The translations under genes and the position numbers were made by a program. Of a stretch of 64,000 nucleotides of DNA, positions 9,629 to 19,037 are shown in pieces. The stretch is from the IMG/VR virus record IMGVR_UViG_3300020122_000665, positions 1-64,000 of that record. One strand, given 5' to 3'. A model generated the notes under the pieces. It was not told where the DNA came from and did no database searches. It saw only the letters and a list, made by a program, of their open reading frames with translations. Each line of letters starts with the position of its first letter. Within the stretch, counting starts at the first letter, position 1. This DNA is from a virus.

Positions 9629-10081
9629 TCAGGACAACCTCTTCGGCGGGCCGTCATCAGACCAGAGCCAGGAGGCACCGCGGGCCCCACCGGACATGAT
9701 CGCGATCATGCCCGCGACGTTCAGTTTCACGTCGACGATGATCTGCGCGCCATCGAACCGTGTTTTCTCCCATTCGTCGCCGAGGTGCCGGTAAACCTCG
9801 AAGAATCCGGCTCGCTGTGGCCACTGCTCGTCGAGAAGCTCGACCTTGAGCGCTCGACACAACATCACGTGCGTCATCGCGGAGCCGCAGTGGATTTTGA
9901 AGTCCGCGCTCGCCCTCCCCGTCTGGACCTCAGCCTTCTTCAGCGCGGCGTGGAGACGCGCCGACCAGCACGAGGCGTCGTTGATATTCTTGTCGGCGAG
10001 CGCCAGGGCGATTCCACGCTCCGTCTCGAGGTAGATGCGGTCGGGGTCGTTCGCCTCTCCCACGTGCTGCGCGAGCCGCAC
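9629..10081 (-). CDS. Hypothetical protein; true start unclear, possible frameshift near 10140
   Basis: Open frame extends upstream to 10180 without an ATG. Confidence 0.45.
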   Translation of the reverse strand: MRLAQHVGEANDPDRIYLETERGIALALADKNINDASCWSARLHAALKKAEVQTGRASADFKIHCGSAMTHVMLCRALKVELLDEQWPQRAGFFEVYRHLGDEWEKTRFDGAQIIVDVKLNVAGMIAIMSGGARGASWLWSDDGPPKRLS

Positions 10082-10441
10082 CGTCGTCGCTCGGAGCGGG
10101 TCGAGATCCGCGTCAGCCCCATCGCAGCCGACCGGGCAAGTCGGCCGGCGTGTGCAGCACGTAGCAGCTCGGGCACTTCTTCATCGGCGACTCCTGGCGA
10201 ATAGGGAGAACGGAGAAGATGGCTTCGCGGCGGGAGAGCTTTCGCAGCGGCCTCGCGAGAAAGTCCGACGGCGAGAATCCCCTCGGCAGCGCGATGTCCA
10301 TCACGCGGCGCGCCTCTTCGACAGAGCCAGCCTCTTTGATCAAGAGACGGCACTCGGCGTAGCCCATCGTCGACACCTTGGAGAGCGCCTCCGCCCCCTC
10401 GTGCAGTGCGTGCTCCTCGATGACGGCGCGGTCCTCGTCGA

Positions 10442-11755
10442 TCACGGGCTCCTCGCTTCCTCGGCGGCGACCTCGCGCGGCGGATCGATTCCCGGCCGCA
10501 TGTTCGTCTTTCCGAGCCTCGACGCGTGCCAGTTGCACGCCGCGGCGGCGACGGTGACGATGCGGTGCAGGCGCTTCTCCTCGCTGCCGCCCGGGTTGTG
10601 GAGCGCCTTGCTGGCGAGGAATCCGATCAGCCAGAGCCAATCGGCGTCCGTCTTGCCGACGTCGTGGTCGCTGCCCCACCGCTCGCGCTGGTGCGCGGCT
10701 TCGATCTCGACGGCGTGCGCGAAGTGGATGATCTCCGGCGCGTTGATCGTGGCCAGCAGCTCGCGGACGCGACTGCTCAGCCGCTCGCGCTCGTCCTCCG
10801 AGGCGGAGAGCATCTTCGCCGCGGCCTCTTCGCGCGCTATCGCGTCCGCCTCGCGCGTCACCATCCGCGCGGCGACGGCCGGCAGGTCGCTCCAATCGTG
10901 CATCGTGAGCTCGGCCGGCTCGCCTTTGAGGGCGGCCGCCGTCTTCGTCAGCAGCTCGTCCATGCGCTCGCGCAGATGGTCGGCCTCGTCGATGTGCAGC
11001 CGCGCCTCCGCCAGGTCGCGCTCGGCGGCGCGCGCTCGAGCTCGCCAATCGGCCGGCTTGCAGTCGGCCTCCGCCTTCGTCAGTGCATCGCCGACGACGT
11101 GCGCGTTCGCGGGAACGTGCGGCCGCGCCTCCTCGGGGCTCGCGCCGGCGTCGCGGGACGCGTGCCACGGCGCCCACGCGGCGGCGTGCGCCGCGGCCGC
11201 CGCGATGCGCTGACAGCCGGACTCGTCGCACCGCTCCGGCTCGGGGTGGGCGTCCGCCGCGCGCTCGTGCTCGACCACGCCATCGCGGTCGGGCTCGGCC
11301 CACTTGCGCGCCTTGTTCTTGGCGAGCTTCAGACGGAGGGCCACGAGGGGGTTGAGACCGAGGCGGTCGACGATGTAGAGCGCGAGCATCATCGTGTCCG
11401 CGCACTCCTCGGCGACGGACTCGGCGGTGTCGCCGATGCTGATGGCGCGCAGCACTTCGCGGGCCTCGCGCATCAGGTGGCGTGCCGCCGCCGCGGTGCG
11501 CTCTCCGGGGAAGGTCGCGCGGGCCCACTCGATGTGCTCCGTGACGAACGCTTCCCACTCGCCGCCGCGCTGCGCGCCGGCGGCGGTTGCGAAGGCGGCC
11601 GTTGCGCAGTCGCGACCGCAGTACAACTTGCCTTCGTGCGCGGCGCCAAAAAGACACAGCCCGTGGCCAGGCTCTATTTTGACAGAGCAGCGACTACACG
11701 TTCTCACGACGTCCTCCTCGATGCGTTCGCATTGCGAGCGCACATGCAGTTGCAT
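10442..11755 (-). CDS. DUF550/MazG-like dNTP pyrophosphohydrolase fused to a coiled coil and a second MazG-like domain
   Basis: EWARATFP...HLMREAREV...EECAD...KLAKNKARKW; C-terminal EAAHQRERWGSDHD...DWLWLI...IVTVAA. Confidence 0.65.
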   Translation of the reverse strand: MQLHVRSQCERIEEDVVRTCSRCSVKIEPGHGLCLFGAAHEGKLYCGRDCATAAFATAAGAQRGGEWEAFVTEHIEWARATFPGERTAAAARHLMREAREVLRAISIGDTAESVAEECADTMMLALYIVDRLGLNPLVALRLKLAKNKARKWAEPDRDGVVEHERAADAHPEPERCDESGCQRIAAAAAHAAAWAPWHASRDAGASPEEARPHVPANAHVVGDALTKAEADCKPADWRARARAAERDLAEARLHIDEADHLRERMDELLTKTAAALKGEPAELTMHDWSDLPAVAARMVTREADAIAREEAAAKMLSASEDERERLSSRVRELLATINAPEIIHFAHAVEIEAAHQRERWGSDHDVGKTDADWLWLIGFLASKALHNPGGSEEKRLHRIVTVAAAACNWHASRLGKTNMRPGIDPPREVAAEEARSP

Positions 11756-11776
11756 TGCCCGCGCAATGCAGGCGCA

Positions 11777-12334
11777 TCACTTCGCCGACTGCTCTTCCTT
11801 CAGCGCGGCGTACTCCCGCTTTAACAACGCGATCTCCGCCTTCAGCTCCGCCACGAGCTCGCCGGGAGGCAGACCGCCCGGCTTCTCGACCGTCACGACG
11901 TAGCGGCCTTCGGGCGTGCCGACGCGAACGGCGGAGACGAAGTTCGGCGCGTGCTTGCAACTCTTCGCCAGGCTCTCCGCGATGGAGCGCATCGCCCAGT
12001 GCGACGGCTTCACTTCGAGGTCGGGGCCATTCTGCGACGTGGTCGTCTTCGGGTGGACGCCCTCGAGCAGCTCGGCGAGCATCTCGCGGAGCGGCGTCGT
12101 CAGCTCGTCGACGAAGCTGTCGCTGGTGGTGATGGCGAGAATCGGGAAGACGCGGCGCACCTCGCGGCCGATGGCGACCGCCGCGTCGCGGCTCTCGTCG
12201 CAGAACTCCTGCGCCCACAGTAGCGCGTGCGCCAAACCGACGGCCTCGTCGTCGCCGCGCGCTTTCGCCTCGTCGTGAATCTTGCGCAGCCGCTCCTCGG
12301 TGTACTGGTCAGATCCCACGTCTCGCCTCCTCAA
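11777..12334 (-). CDS. Hypothetical protein
   Basis: GC3-biased ORF within the operon. Confidence 0.5.
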   Translation of the reverse strand: MRRRDVGSDQYTEERLRKIHDEAKARGDDEAVGLAHALLWAQEFCDESRDAAVAIGREVRRVFPILAITTSDSFVDELTTPLREMLAELLEGVHPKTTTSQNGPDLEVKPSHWAMRSIAESLAKSCKHAPNFVSAVRVGTPEGRYVVTVEKPGGLPPGELVAELKAEIALLKREYAALKEEQSAK

Positions 12335-13016
12335 CGCTCGGCACCGGGAAGAGCCGAATCGCTCCGCCGTCCCGCTCGAGCCGCACGCCTTCGATCTTCC
12401 CCGCCTCCGCCCAGTGAGCGATGCTCGCGCGCGCCGACGCCGCGTTCGCGTAGTGCGTCTTCAGCCCGCCGTCGAGCAGTTGCTTCAGCGTCTGCCCGGG
12501 TGCCGCGCGCACCGCACGGGCGAGCCGCTCGCACGTGGCGCGCCACGGCGTCCAGCGGCCGCGCCCGGTCGGCGCGCCGGCGACGGCGGTTTTCTGGCGC
12601 TCATGGAGCCGAGAGCGCAGCAGCGCATCGATTCGCCGGCGCATCGCCGGGTGCGCGCGCTCCTCGATGCGCTCGGCGACGTGCTGCTCCGTCTCGTAGC
12701 GCGTCGGGGGTCTCACCTCGAGAACGCCGACTCCGAGCATCTCAGCGACGCGGAATACGCCGTGCCGATACGACTTCGCGCGCGGCACGGCCGCCCACGC
12801 GAAGTGGGCGCTCTTCCGCCACGCCTCCGCCTGCAGCAGCACGTCGAGCGAGAGGGCGCGCTTCAGCTCGACGACCACCAGCAGCGCGCCGCGCACGGCG
12901 ACGATGTCGGCGACGGCGCCGGCGTCGACCTCCTGGTAGACGTCCTCGAAGCCCTGGTCGCGCAGCCACGCGATCACCGGCGGACCGAGCTCCTCCTCGC
13001 GCGTTGGCCAGGTCAC
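12309..13016 (-). CDS. PD-(D/E)XK nuclease-fold protein (DUF2161/MmcB-like)
   Basis: VYQEV...ADIVAV...VVVELK...LLQA motif. Confidence 0.65.
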   Translation of the reverse strand: MTWPTREEELGPPVIAWLRDQGFEDVYQEVDAGAVADIVAVRGALLVVVELKRALSLDVLLQAEAWRKSAHFAWAAVPRAKSYRHGVFRVAEMLGVGVLEVRPPTRYETEQHVAERIEERAHPAMRRRIDALLRSRLHERQKTAVAGAPTGRGRWTPWRATCERLARAVRAAPGQTLKQLLDGGLKTHYANAASARASIAHWAEAGKIEGVRLERDGGAIRLFPVPSVEEARRGI

Positions 13017-14375
13017 GGCTTCACGACCTTCCGAGGCCGCTTCCGGCGCGTGAGGTTGAACTTGCAGAGCAGGATGTCGCTGAATCGATTCCCGTCGACG
13101 ACGGGAGCGAGCTGCGAGTCCCACGATCGAATCCACTCAGCGGCGGCCTTCACCCCATACCAGAAGGTTTGGCGCTCGGCTTCATTCCTCGGTGCGCTGG
13201 GCCGCCTCAATTCGGCACCGCCAGGATGTGGGCCGCCACCTCTGGATCGTCGCGCCGCAGCAGCCGATAGAATCTCAGCCCCGTCGTGGGCATCAAAAAG
13301 CCGCCGGCAATCAGTTCGTTCACCGTCTCTGCTGCAACGTCGGTGAGGTCGAACGACTCGCCGGCCCTGGCGGCGCCCTTGCGCCATAGCGCGAAGTAGA
13401 GCGCCGTCGCGCGGAGCGACAGGCTGGCGAGGGTGATGCTCACTCCCCACCGATGGTGTCGAGGTACATCTCGTCGTGCTCCCGCAGCGCTGCGGCGTGG
13501 TCTACGCCGACGAGCTCCGCCGGGAGAGCGACGTCCGGCGTCTCGTGGACCACTTCAATCTCATTCAGCATCACTTCTTCTCCGGTGTGGCGACCGCGTC
13601 GTCGTCGTGCTCGACGGCGTAGGCGCACTCGATGAGCGCGAGGCCGAGGCTCCGCGCGTCGTCGGGCGTTAGCCCGATTCCTTTCAGCGAGGCAGGGTCG
13701 AGAATGACGAAGACCTTCCCGTCGGCGTAGCCGATGGAATCGTCTTCGGGGACGAACATGCGGAACGCGAACGACTCGCAGCCGGCGTTCGACGCTTCGC
13801 CCTCCTTCTGCTTGCGACGGTGGCGCACGGCGGCGAGGTCGACGACCGGAGCCACCGGTTTCGGGCAATCTCCTTCGTGCCACGCCTCGCCGCAGAGGCC
13901 GCACGGCGCTCCGACGATCTCGCGGCTGCAGTCGAGACAGCGGTGCAGGTCTCCGAATCGGATCATCACCGATCCGCAGCAGTCGCAGAGCGGATCCTTG
14001 ATGAGAATCACCAGAGCCTCGCCGGCGCAAAGACGTAGAATGCCTTCTCGTCGTCGAGGCCGTGGAGGCGTCGCGCCTCCCAATCACAATCGCCGGCCTG
14101 AACGCAGCGGCGCCCGACGCGCTCCGCGGTATCCCTCCACGATGGGCGCTCGTCGCGCTCACGACATGCGTCGTAGTTGCGCGCCCACCGATCCGAGAGC
14201 TCCTGCCAGAACGCCGACGTGCCCTTCCAGTAGCGCGCCTCGTCCTCCGCCTCACTCTCGCGGTCCACCTCGATGCTGCAGGTCAGCGCGTCGACCACGC
14301 GGAGCGCCCCGCCGCCGCACGTGAGGCAGAACAGCAGCACCAGCACCCACTTGTTCACGTACATGGTCTCCTCCC

Positions 14376-15251
14376 TCAGCCGTTCTTCGCGGCGTGCCGC
14401 GGCGGCGGTAGCGCGCGACGCGCCCCTCGCGCGCGACGCGATCGCTCGATAGGGCTCACTGGCCGCTCCGCCGGCGTCGGCTTCGAGATCCTCACCGCGG
14501 TCGTGAGCCTCTTGGGCGCGCGCCGATCCTCCTCCGCCATCCATCGCTGAAGCCGCTCCTTGAGCCTTGCGATCGAGCGCACCTCGATCTGGCGCACGCG
14601 CTCGCGTGATAGGTCGAGCTCGGTCGCGATCTCGTCGAGGAGTCGCCCTTCGGCGCGCTGAAGCAGGACGCGGCGCGCGCGGGGCTCCAAGGTGGCAAGA
14701 AGCCGCCGAAGGAGCGCCCGATTGTCGCTGGATTCGACTGCGGCGTCGGGCAGCGGCTGCGCGTCGTCCGCGAGCGTATCGGCGAGGATGAGCGGGGTAT
14801 CTCCCTTCCGCCACGCCCTCGCCGGGCCGCACAGGTCGCGCAGCATGTCGTCGCCGACGAGCCGCGCTACGCGATTCGCGGTCTTGAAGTCCTGCGCCTC
14901 GCCAGCGCCCCTGAGAATCGCACCGCGCCGGTCGATCAGGTGGGAGGGGACGCGAATCATCGCTCCCATGTCCTGCACATGGCGGCGCATCGCGTGGGTG
15001 ACCCAGTGCTGCGCGTACGTGAAGAACTTCACGCCGCGCGCCTCGTCGAATCGGCGCGCCGCCTCGCGCACTCCGAGGTTGCCCTCGGACACGAGGTCAT
15101 CGAACCCGATCGCGGCGCCGGAGCGCGGAAGCCAGTAGCGCGCCATCCTCATGACGAAGATCCGCATCTCCTTGATTCGCGCCGTCAGCTCCTCGTTCGA
15201 CACGTCGTGCTGCGGGCAGCGATCGTCGTCGAGCGCCGTCTCGTCGCTCAT
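14376..15251 (-). CDS. Phage sigma-70 family RNA polymerase sigma factor (RpoD/RpoH-like regions 2 and 4)
   Basis: DDLVSEGNLGVREAARRFDEARGVKFFTYAQHWV; LDEIATELDLSRERVRQIE. Confidence 0.9.
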   Translation of the reverse strand: MSDETALDDDRCPQHDVSNEELTARIKEMRIFVMRMARYWLPRSGAAIGFDDLVSEGNLGVREAARRFDEARGVKFFTYAQHWVTHAMRRHVQDMGAMIRVPSHLIDRRGAILRGAGEAQDFKTANRVARLVGDDMLRDLCGPARAWRKGDTPLILADTLADDAQPLPDAAVESSDNRALLRRLLATLEPRARRVLLQRAEGRLLDEIATELDLSRERVRQIEVRSIARLKERLQRWMAEEDRRAPKRLTTAVRISKPTPAERPVSPIERSRRARGARRALPPPRHAAKNG

Positions 15252-15393
15252 GCGAGCGCGCGGCGGCGCGCGGGCCGCTCCTCTTTCACGGGCTCCTCGT
15301 CTGGAACGTCCACGGTCGGTGGCGTTGCGTCGAAGTCGTCGTCAAAGACGCCTTCACGCTCCGGCGCCGAGCCTTCGCTGTCGACGAGAACGA

Positions 15394-15849
15394 TCATCCG
15401 CGCACTGCCGCTGCTGCGGGCGCCTGCTCGATCATTCCGCGCAGACGAGCGACCTCGGCGTCGAGCTTCGCGATGCGCGCCTGGTTGCGCGCGATCTCGG
15501 CGCGCTGCTGGTCCTTCCGCTTCAGCGCGTTCTTGAGCCCTTCCCCGTCGCGGAATCCGAACGAGGACGCGACGCGGTGGAACTCGTCGCGGTCCTCCAT
15601 GCGCGCCAGCGCGGCTGCGCGGCGCATCGCGTGCGCTTCCGCGGCGCGCCCGCGCCACTTCTTCTCGGCCCGCTCGGCGGCGACGCACTTGTTTCGCCAC
15701 CGGATGCAGTCCCGCTGCACCTCGAGCAGCACCGACGAGAGCGCTCCGATCTCCGCCTCGGCCAGATCGTCCCGCGGCGCGCTCCGCGTGTCGCCGGTCC
15801 CGATGGAGCGCAGCAGGTCTTCCACCCAACGGCCGATCGCGCCGAGCAT
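15394..15849 (-). CDS. Coiled-coil hypothetical protein
   Basis: Abuts its neighbours; heptad-rich. Confidence 0.5.
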   Translation of the reverse strand: MLGAIGRWVEDLLRSIGTGDTRSAPRDDLAEAEIGALSSVLLEVQRDCIRWRNKCVAAERAEKKWRGRAAEAHAMRRAAALARMEDRDEFHRVASSFGFRDGEGLKNALKRKDQQRAEIARNQARIAKLDAEVARLRGMIEQAPAAAAVRG

Positions 15850-17028
15850 CTACGCCACCACCGCGCGCATCGGCGCGGTGCCGATGTTCCACAGCCACCG
15901 AGCCAACTCCCGCCCGGAACTTTGCTGCAGACGCACGCAGTCTCTGGCCGACGGACGATAGACGAGCGGGCAACCTTCGATGTGGCAGAACCCCGGCTGG
16001 TCGAGGAGCGAATCGGCGACGTCGAGCAGGCGATACATCACCGACTCCGATTCGCAGACGAGCTCGAGCGGACCTGCGACGCCGAGGTCCCGTGCGTTGG
16101 CGATGGCCTCCTTCAACTCGATTTGCCAGCGGATCGCCGGCCACACCGCTTTCGACGAACCACTCGGCCATGACGCCGGAGCACCACCCGGTGTCTTGCT
16201 GCGGTGCCAGTGCGTGGTGTGGCCCTCGTCGTCATTGCACCAGATCACCGTGTTCGAATCGAAGTGGTAGCCCCACCTGCACTTCCCCTGGCGGAGCGCC
16301 TGCTGGATCTCCTGCGCCCGCTCGAAGACGATTCCGTCGATGATCCCGTCGACGGTGGTCTTCCGCCGGCGCGCCTCGTCGAGCTCGCGGCGGGCTTTCT
16401 CCAACTCGCCATTGAGCCGCCCGATCTGCTCTCGCGCTTCGTCGCGCTCCTTCCGCATCTCGTCGAACCCTTCGACGGCCGTCTTGTGGTCGTCGTAGAG
16501 CGCGGTGGCGATGCGGACGATATCCGCCACCGAGGCTCCCTTCGAGTGGAGCGCATCGCGAACACGATTGAGGGCATTGTGGAACGTGTCTGCGCGCTCG
16601 CACGCCTCGCGGCGCTCGTCGCGCACGCGCTGCAACTCCTCCATTCGGCGCTTCGCGCACTCGAGGAGCGACTCGGGCGGATTCGCTCCGAGCACCGCCA
16701 TCGCGGCGGGGTAGATTTTGGCGAGCGCCGGCGGCGTCGCCGGCCTCGTCTCGCCATCGGCGTAGACCTCGACGCCGAGCGCGCGGCACGCCTTCGCCTC
16801 CGCGACGGCCTGGGGCGACCCGTAGCCGCCGGTGAAATAGGCGGCGGCGTGGAAGTTGAATCGGGCCTTCGCCCGCTCGTGCGATTCGTTCATCGGTTCC
16901 TCCAGCGGTGGACGTTTCAGAAGCAGCCGCTCGTGGCGGCGGCGCCACTGCTCGAAAAGCGGCAGCATCGCAGCGGAGATCTCTTGCATCCTCTCGGCGA
17001 AGACCCGCAGTTCTTCTTCGAAGGCCAT
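15850..17028 (-). CDS. Hypothetical coiled-coil protein
   Basis: 392 aa ORF with coding-like composition. Confidence 0.55.
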   Translation of the reverse strand: MAFEEELRVFAERMQEISAAMLPLFEQWRRRHERLLLKRPPLEEPMNESHERAKARFNFHAAAYFTGGYGSPQAVAEAKACRALGVEVYADGETRPATPPALAKIYPAAMAVLGANPPESLLECAKRRMEELQRVRDERREACERADTFHNALNRVRDALHSKGASVADIVRIATALYDDHKTAVEGFDEMRKERDEAREQIGRLNGELEKARRELDEARRRKTTVDGIIDGIVFERAQEIQQALRQGKCRWGYHFDSNTVIWCNDDEGHTTHWHRSKTPGGAPASWPSGSSKAVWPAIRWQIELKEAIANARDLGVAGPLELVCESESVMYRLLDVADSLLDQPGFCHIEGCPLVYRPSARDCVRLQQSSGRELARWLWNIGTAPMRAVVA

Positions 17029-17195
17029 CAGTCACCGCTCCGAATGCTGGTCCGAACCAGCGGCTGCGCGACGACCACACGAATCGGAGTGAATCTCGAT
17101 GGCGTGGCGCTTGAGCGCGCCCCTCACCGAAAACTCCAAACGCTCTAGAAGCACCGTTTCGATTGAAATGTCCGGCGCCAGGTCATCGATTCGCA

Positions 17196-17558
17196 TCAGA
17201 CGCTCCTCAGCCGCCGCGGGGCCGGCACGGGCGGCGCCGGCGCTTCGCCCGCCGGATGCTCCCAACTGAAGCAGGCGAACCCGCTCTCGGCGTCCCGCCC
17301 CGTGATCGCGATGACGGCGGCCCACGGCACCTCGACTAGCGTCGGCGTGCGAGCGAACGAGAAGACACCGCGGAAGCCGCGCTCGTCGATGACGAAGTCG
17401 CCAATGGGGACCGGCAGATTGAGCCCGACGTCGAGGTGAACGTGCACCGCGCTGCGAAGCTCCTCCGGCATGACGACGCCGGGCAGCGGTGCGAACACGA
17501 CGCGGACGAGTGGCTCGTGTTGCAGGATGAACTCGAGCGCGGCCTGCTTGGCAACCAT
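17196..17558 (-). CDS. sspB: SspB-like ClpXP adaptor (stringent starvation protein B family)
   Basis: PGVVMPEEL...GLNLPVPIGDFVIDERGFRGVFSF...VPWAAVIAI core; C-terminal RRLRSV resembles the ClpX-binding LRVVK tail. Confidence 0.75.
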   Translation of the reverse strand: MVAKQAALEFILQHEPLVRVVFAPLPGVVMPEELRSAVHVHLDVGLNLPVPIGDFVIDERGFRGVFSFARTPTLVEVPWAAVIAITGRDAESGFACFSWEHPAGEAPAPPVPAPRRLRSV

Positions 17559-17568
17559 CGTTGGCACA

Positions 17569-17598
17569 GTGGTAACACCGCACTAGTGCAACTGTCAA
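17569..17598 (-). promoter_or_regulatory. Sigma70-type promoter with GCACTAGTGC operator in the spacer
   Basis: TTGACA-GTT-GCACTAGTGC (operator at 17580-17589). Confidence 0.7.
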
Positions 17599-17639
17599 CA
17601 ACTATCTGCGCATCGATTGCAGCGCCGCGGGACCATTTG

Positions 17640-18530
17640 TCAATCGAGCGCCTTCCGGTGATCGGAAACGGTGTGCACCGCGAGCGCGAGGAGCGCGTCT
17701 TCGTCGACGCCGAGTTCCTTCGCCTCACGCCAGACCTGCAGGAACCTGTCCGCCTGCACCTTCCCGCGGAAGGAATCCATCAGATCGCGCAGTTCGCGCG
17801 ATTGCTCGACGGTGAGCAGGAACGGGCCGACGCTGACGCGCACCGCCGCCTGCTTCTGCGCGCGCCGCTCCGCCAGCAGGGCCTCGACAGGCTTCGGCGC
17901 GTCGCGGCCGGCGGCGTCGCGCGCAGCGCGCTCCTTCTCGAGCGTCTGCTTCACCTGCTCGCGGCGGATGGCCGCGAGCCGCAGCACCGCGTCCTCCTTC
18001 TCGCCGTGATCTTCGATGAGCTGGCGCACGAGCTCTTGCGCCATTCCCTCGTCGTACTTGGCGCGCGAGCGGTCGAAGGTGAGGACGAACTTCTTGATCG
18101 CGGCTGGCGAAACGAGCAGTGGATTGCAGACCGCCGTCGCGATCTTCTCGCCGCCGGCGACCGCCGTGGCGTACTCCGCGAGGGTCGCCGTCGCCGCCGG
18201 GCCACCAGCGAGCACAGACTCGTAGTCGAGGCCGACAAACTTTCCGTCGACGATCTTGCCGGGGAAGACGATCGCGCGGCGGAATCCGTTCTCGACCAGC
18301 CGCTCGAGGCGCGTGTTGCCGTCGGCGACGACGTGCTTCCCGTCAGCGCCATAGGAGTAGGCGAGCGCCTGGTGCTCGTCGTCGCACCGAGGCGTCACCA
18401 CCATGGCCGCGGTCATGCCGAACTCGTCGAGCGACGCGTCGAGCGCGTGCTGGTACGCCGCGCCCATCTTCGCCTTCGGATTGTGGTCGAGCGGCTTGAA
18501 CGCTTCCGCGATGGCGACGAGCTGGATCAA
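17640..18530 (-). CDS. ParB/Srx-like N-terminal domain protein
   Basis: PLDHNPK...LDASLDEFG...VVADGNTRL motif; TTG start overlapping the upstream stop. Confidence 0.7.
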   Translation of the reverse strand: MIQLVAIAEAFKPLDHNPKAKMGAAYQHALDASLDEFGMTAAMVVTPRCDDEHQALAYSYGADGKHVVADGNTRLERLVENGFRRAIVFPGKIVDGKFVGLDYESVLAGGPAATATLAEYATAVAGGEKIATAVCNPLLVSPAAIKKFVLTFDRSRAKYDEGMAQELVRQLIEDHGEKEDAVLRLAAIRREQVKQTLEKERAARDAAGRDAPKPVEALLAERRAQKQAAVRVSVGPFLLTVEQSRELRDLMDSFRGKVQADRFLQVWREAKELGVDEDALLALAVHTVSDHRKALD

Positions 18531-18829
18531 TGCAGGTACGGCGGCATCGCGTGGATGCGCTCGTCCTCCGCTGCCATGCCGTCGACGACCATGTAGGCGA
18601 TGACCAACCACTCCTCGCGCGTGAGGGGACGCCCGAGAGCTTCAGCCGTGCCGCGCGTGGCCTCCTCAATCGGTCCGATGACCGAGAGCCAGCACCAGGG
18701 GTCGTCGTCGGGGTTCACTGCGCGCTCCGCCGAACGGCGAGCGCTGGACGCACGACCGCCGTGCTACGCGACGGCAGCACGGCGGGGGGTGCGACTGCTT
18801 TTCCCTCCTCCAAGGGGTCAGCCCGAGAG

Positions 18830-18964
18830 CTACCCGGCCTTCGCGGCGAGCTTCGGCACCGCCTTGCGGGCCGCCTTCACCTGCGCCTTGCTCGGGCGCT
18901 GGATGCCGTTGCCCGCCTTCGTCTTCGCCGCCTTCTTCGCGCCCTTCGATCCGCCTGCGACCAT
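18830..18964 (-). CDS. 44-aa Lys/Ala-rich basic peptide
   Basis: MVAGGSKGAKKAAKTKAGNG...; GGGAG SD; own GCTGTACCTC motif at 19001. Confidence 0.65.
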   Translation of the reverse strand: MVAGGSKGAKKAAKTKAGNGIQRPSKAQVKAARKAVPKLAAKAG

Positions 18965-19037
18965 GTGCGTTCTCCCGTGTGAGGTGTTGCGTCTACGGGA
19001 GAGGTACAGCCGCGCGCGCTGTGCGGTGAGGGTCGCT

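Noticed and set aside
13461-13470. Eighth promoter-motif copy (GATGTACCTC on minus)
   Set aside because: One mismatch and inside a coding region; plausible but not counted
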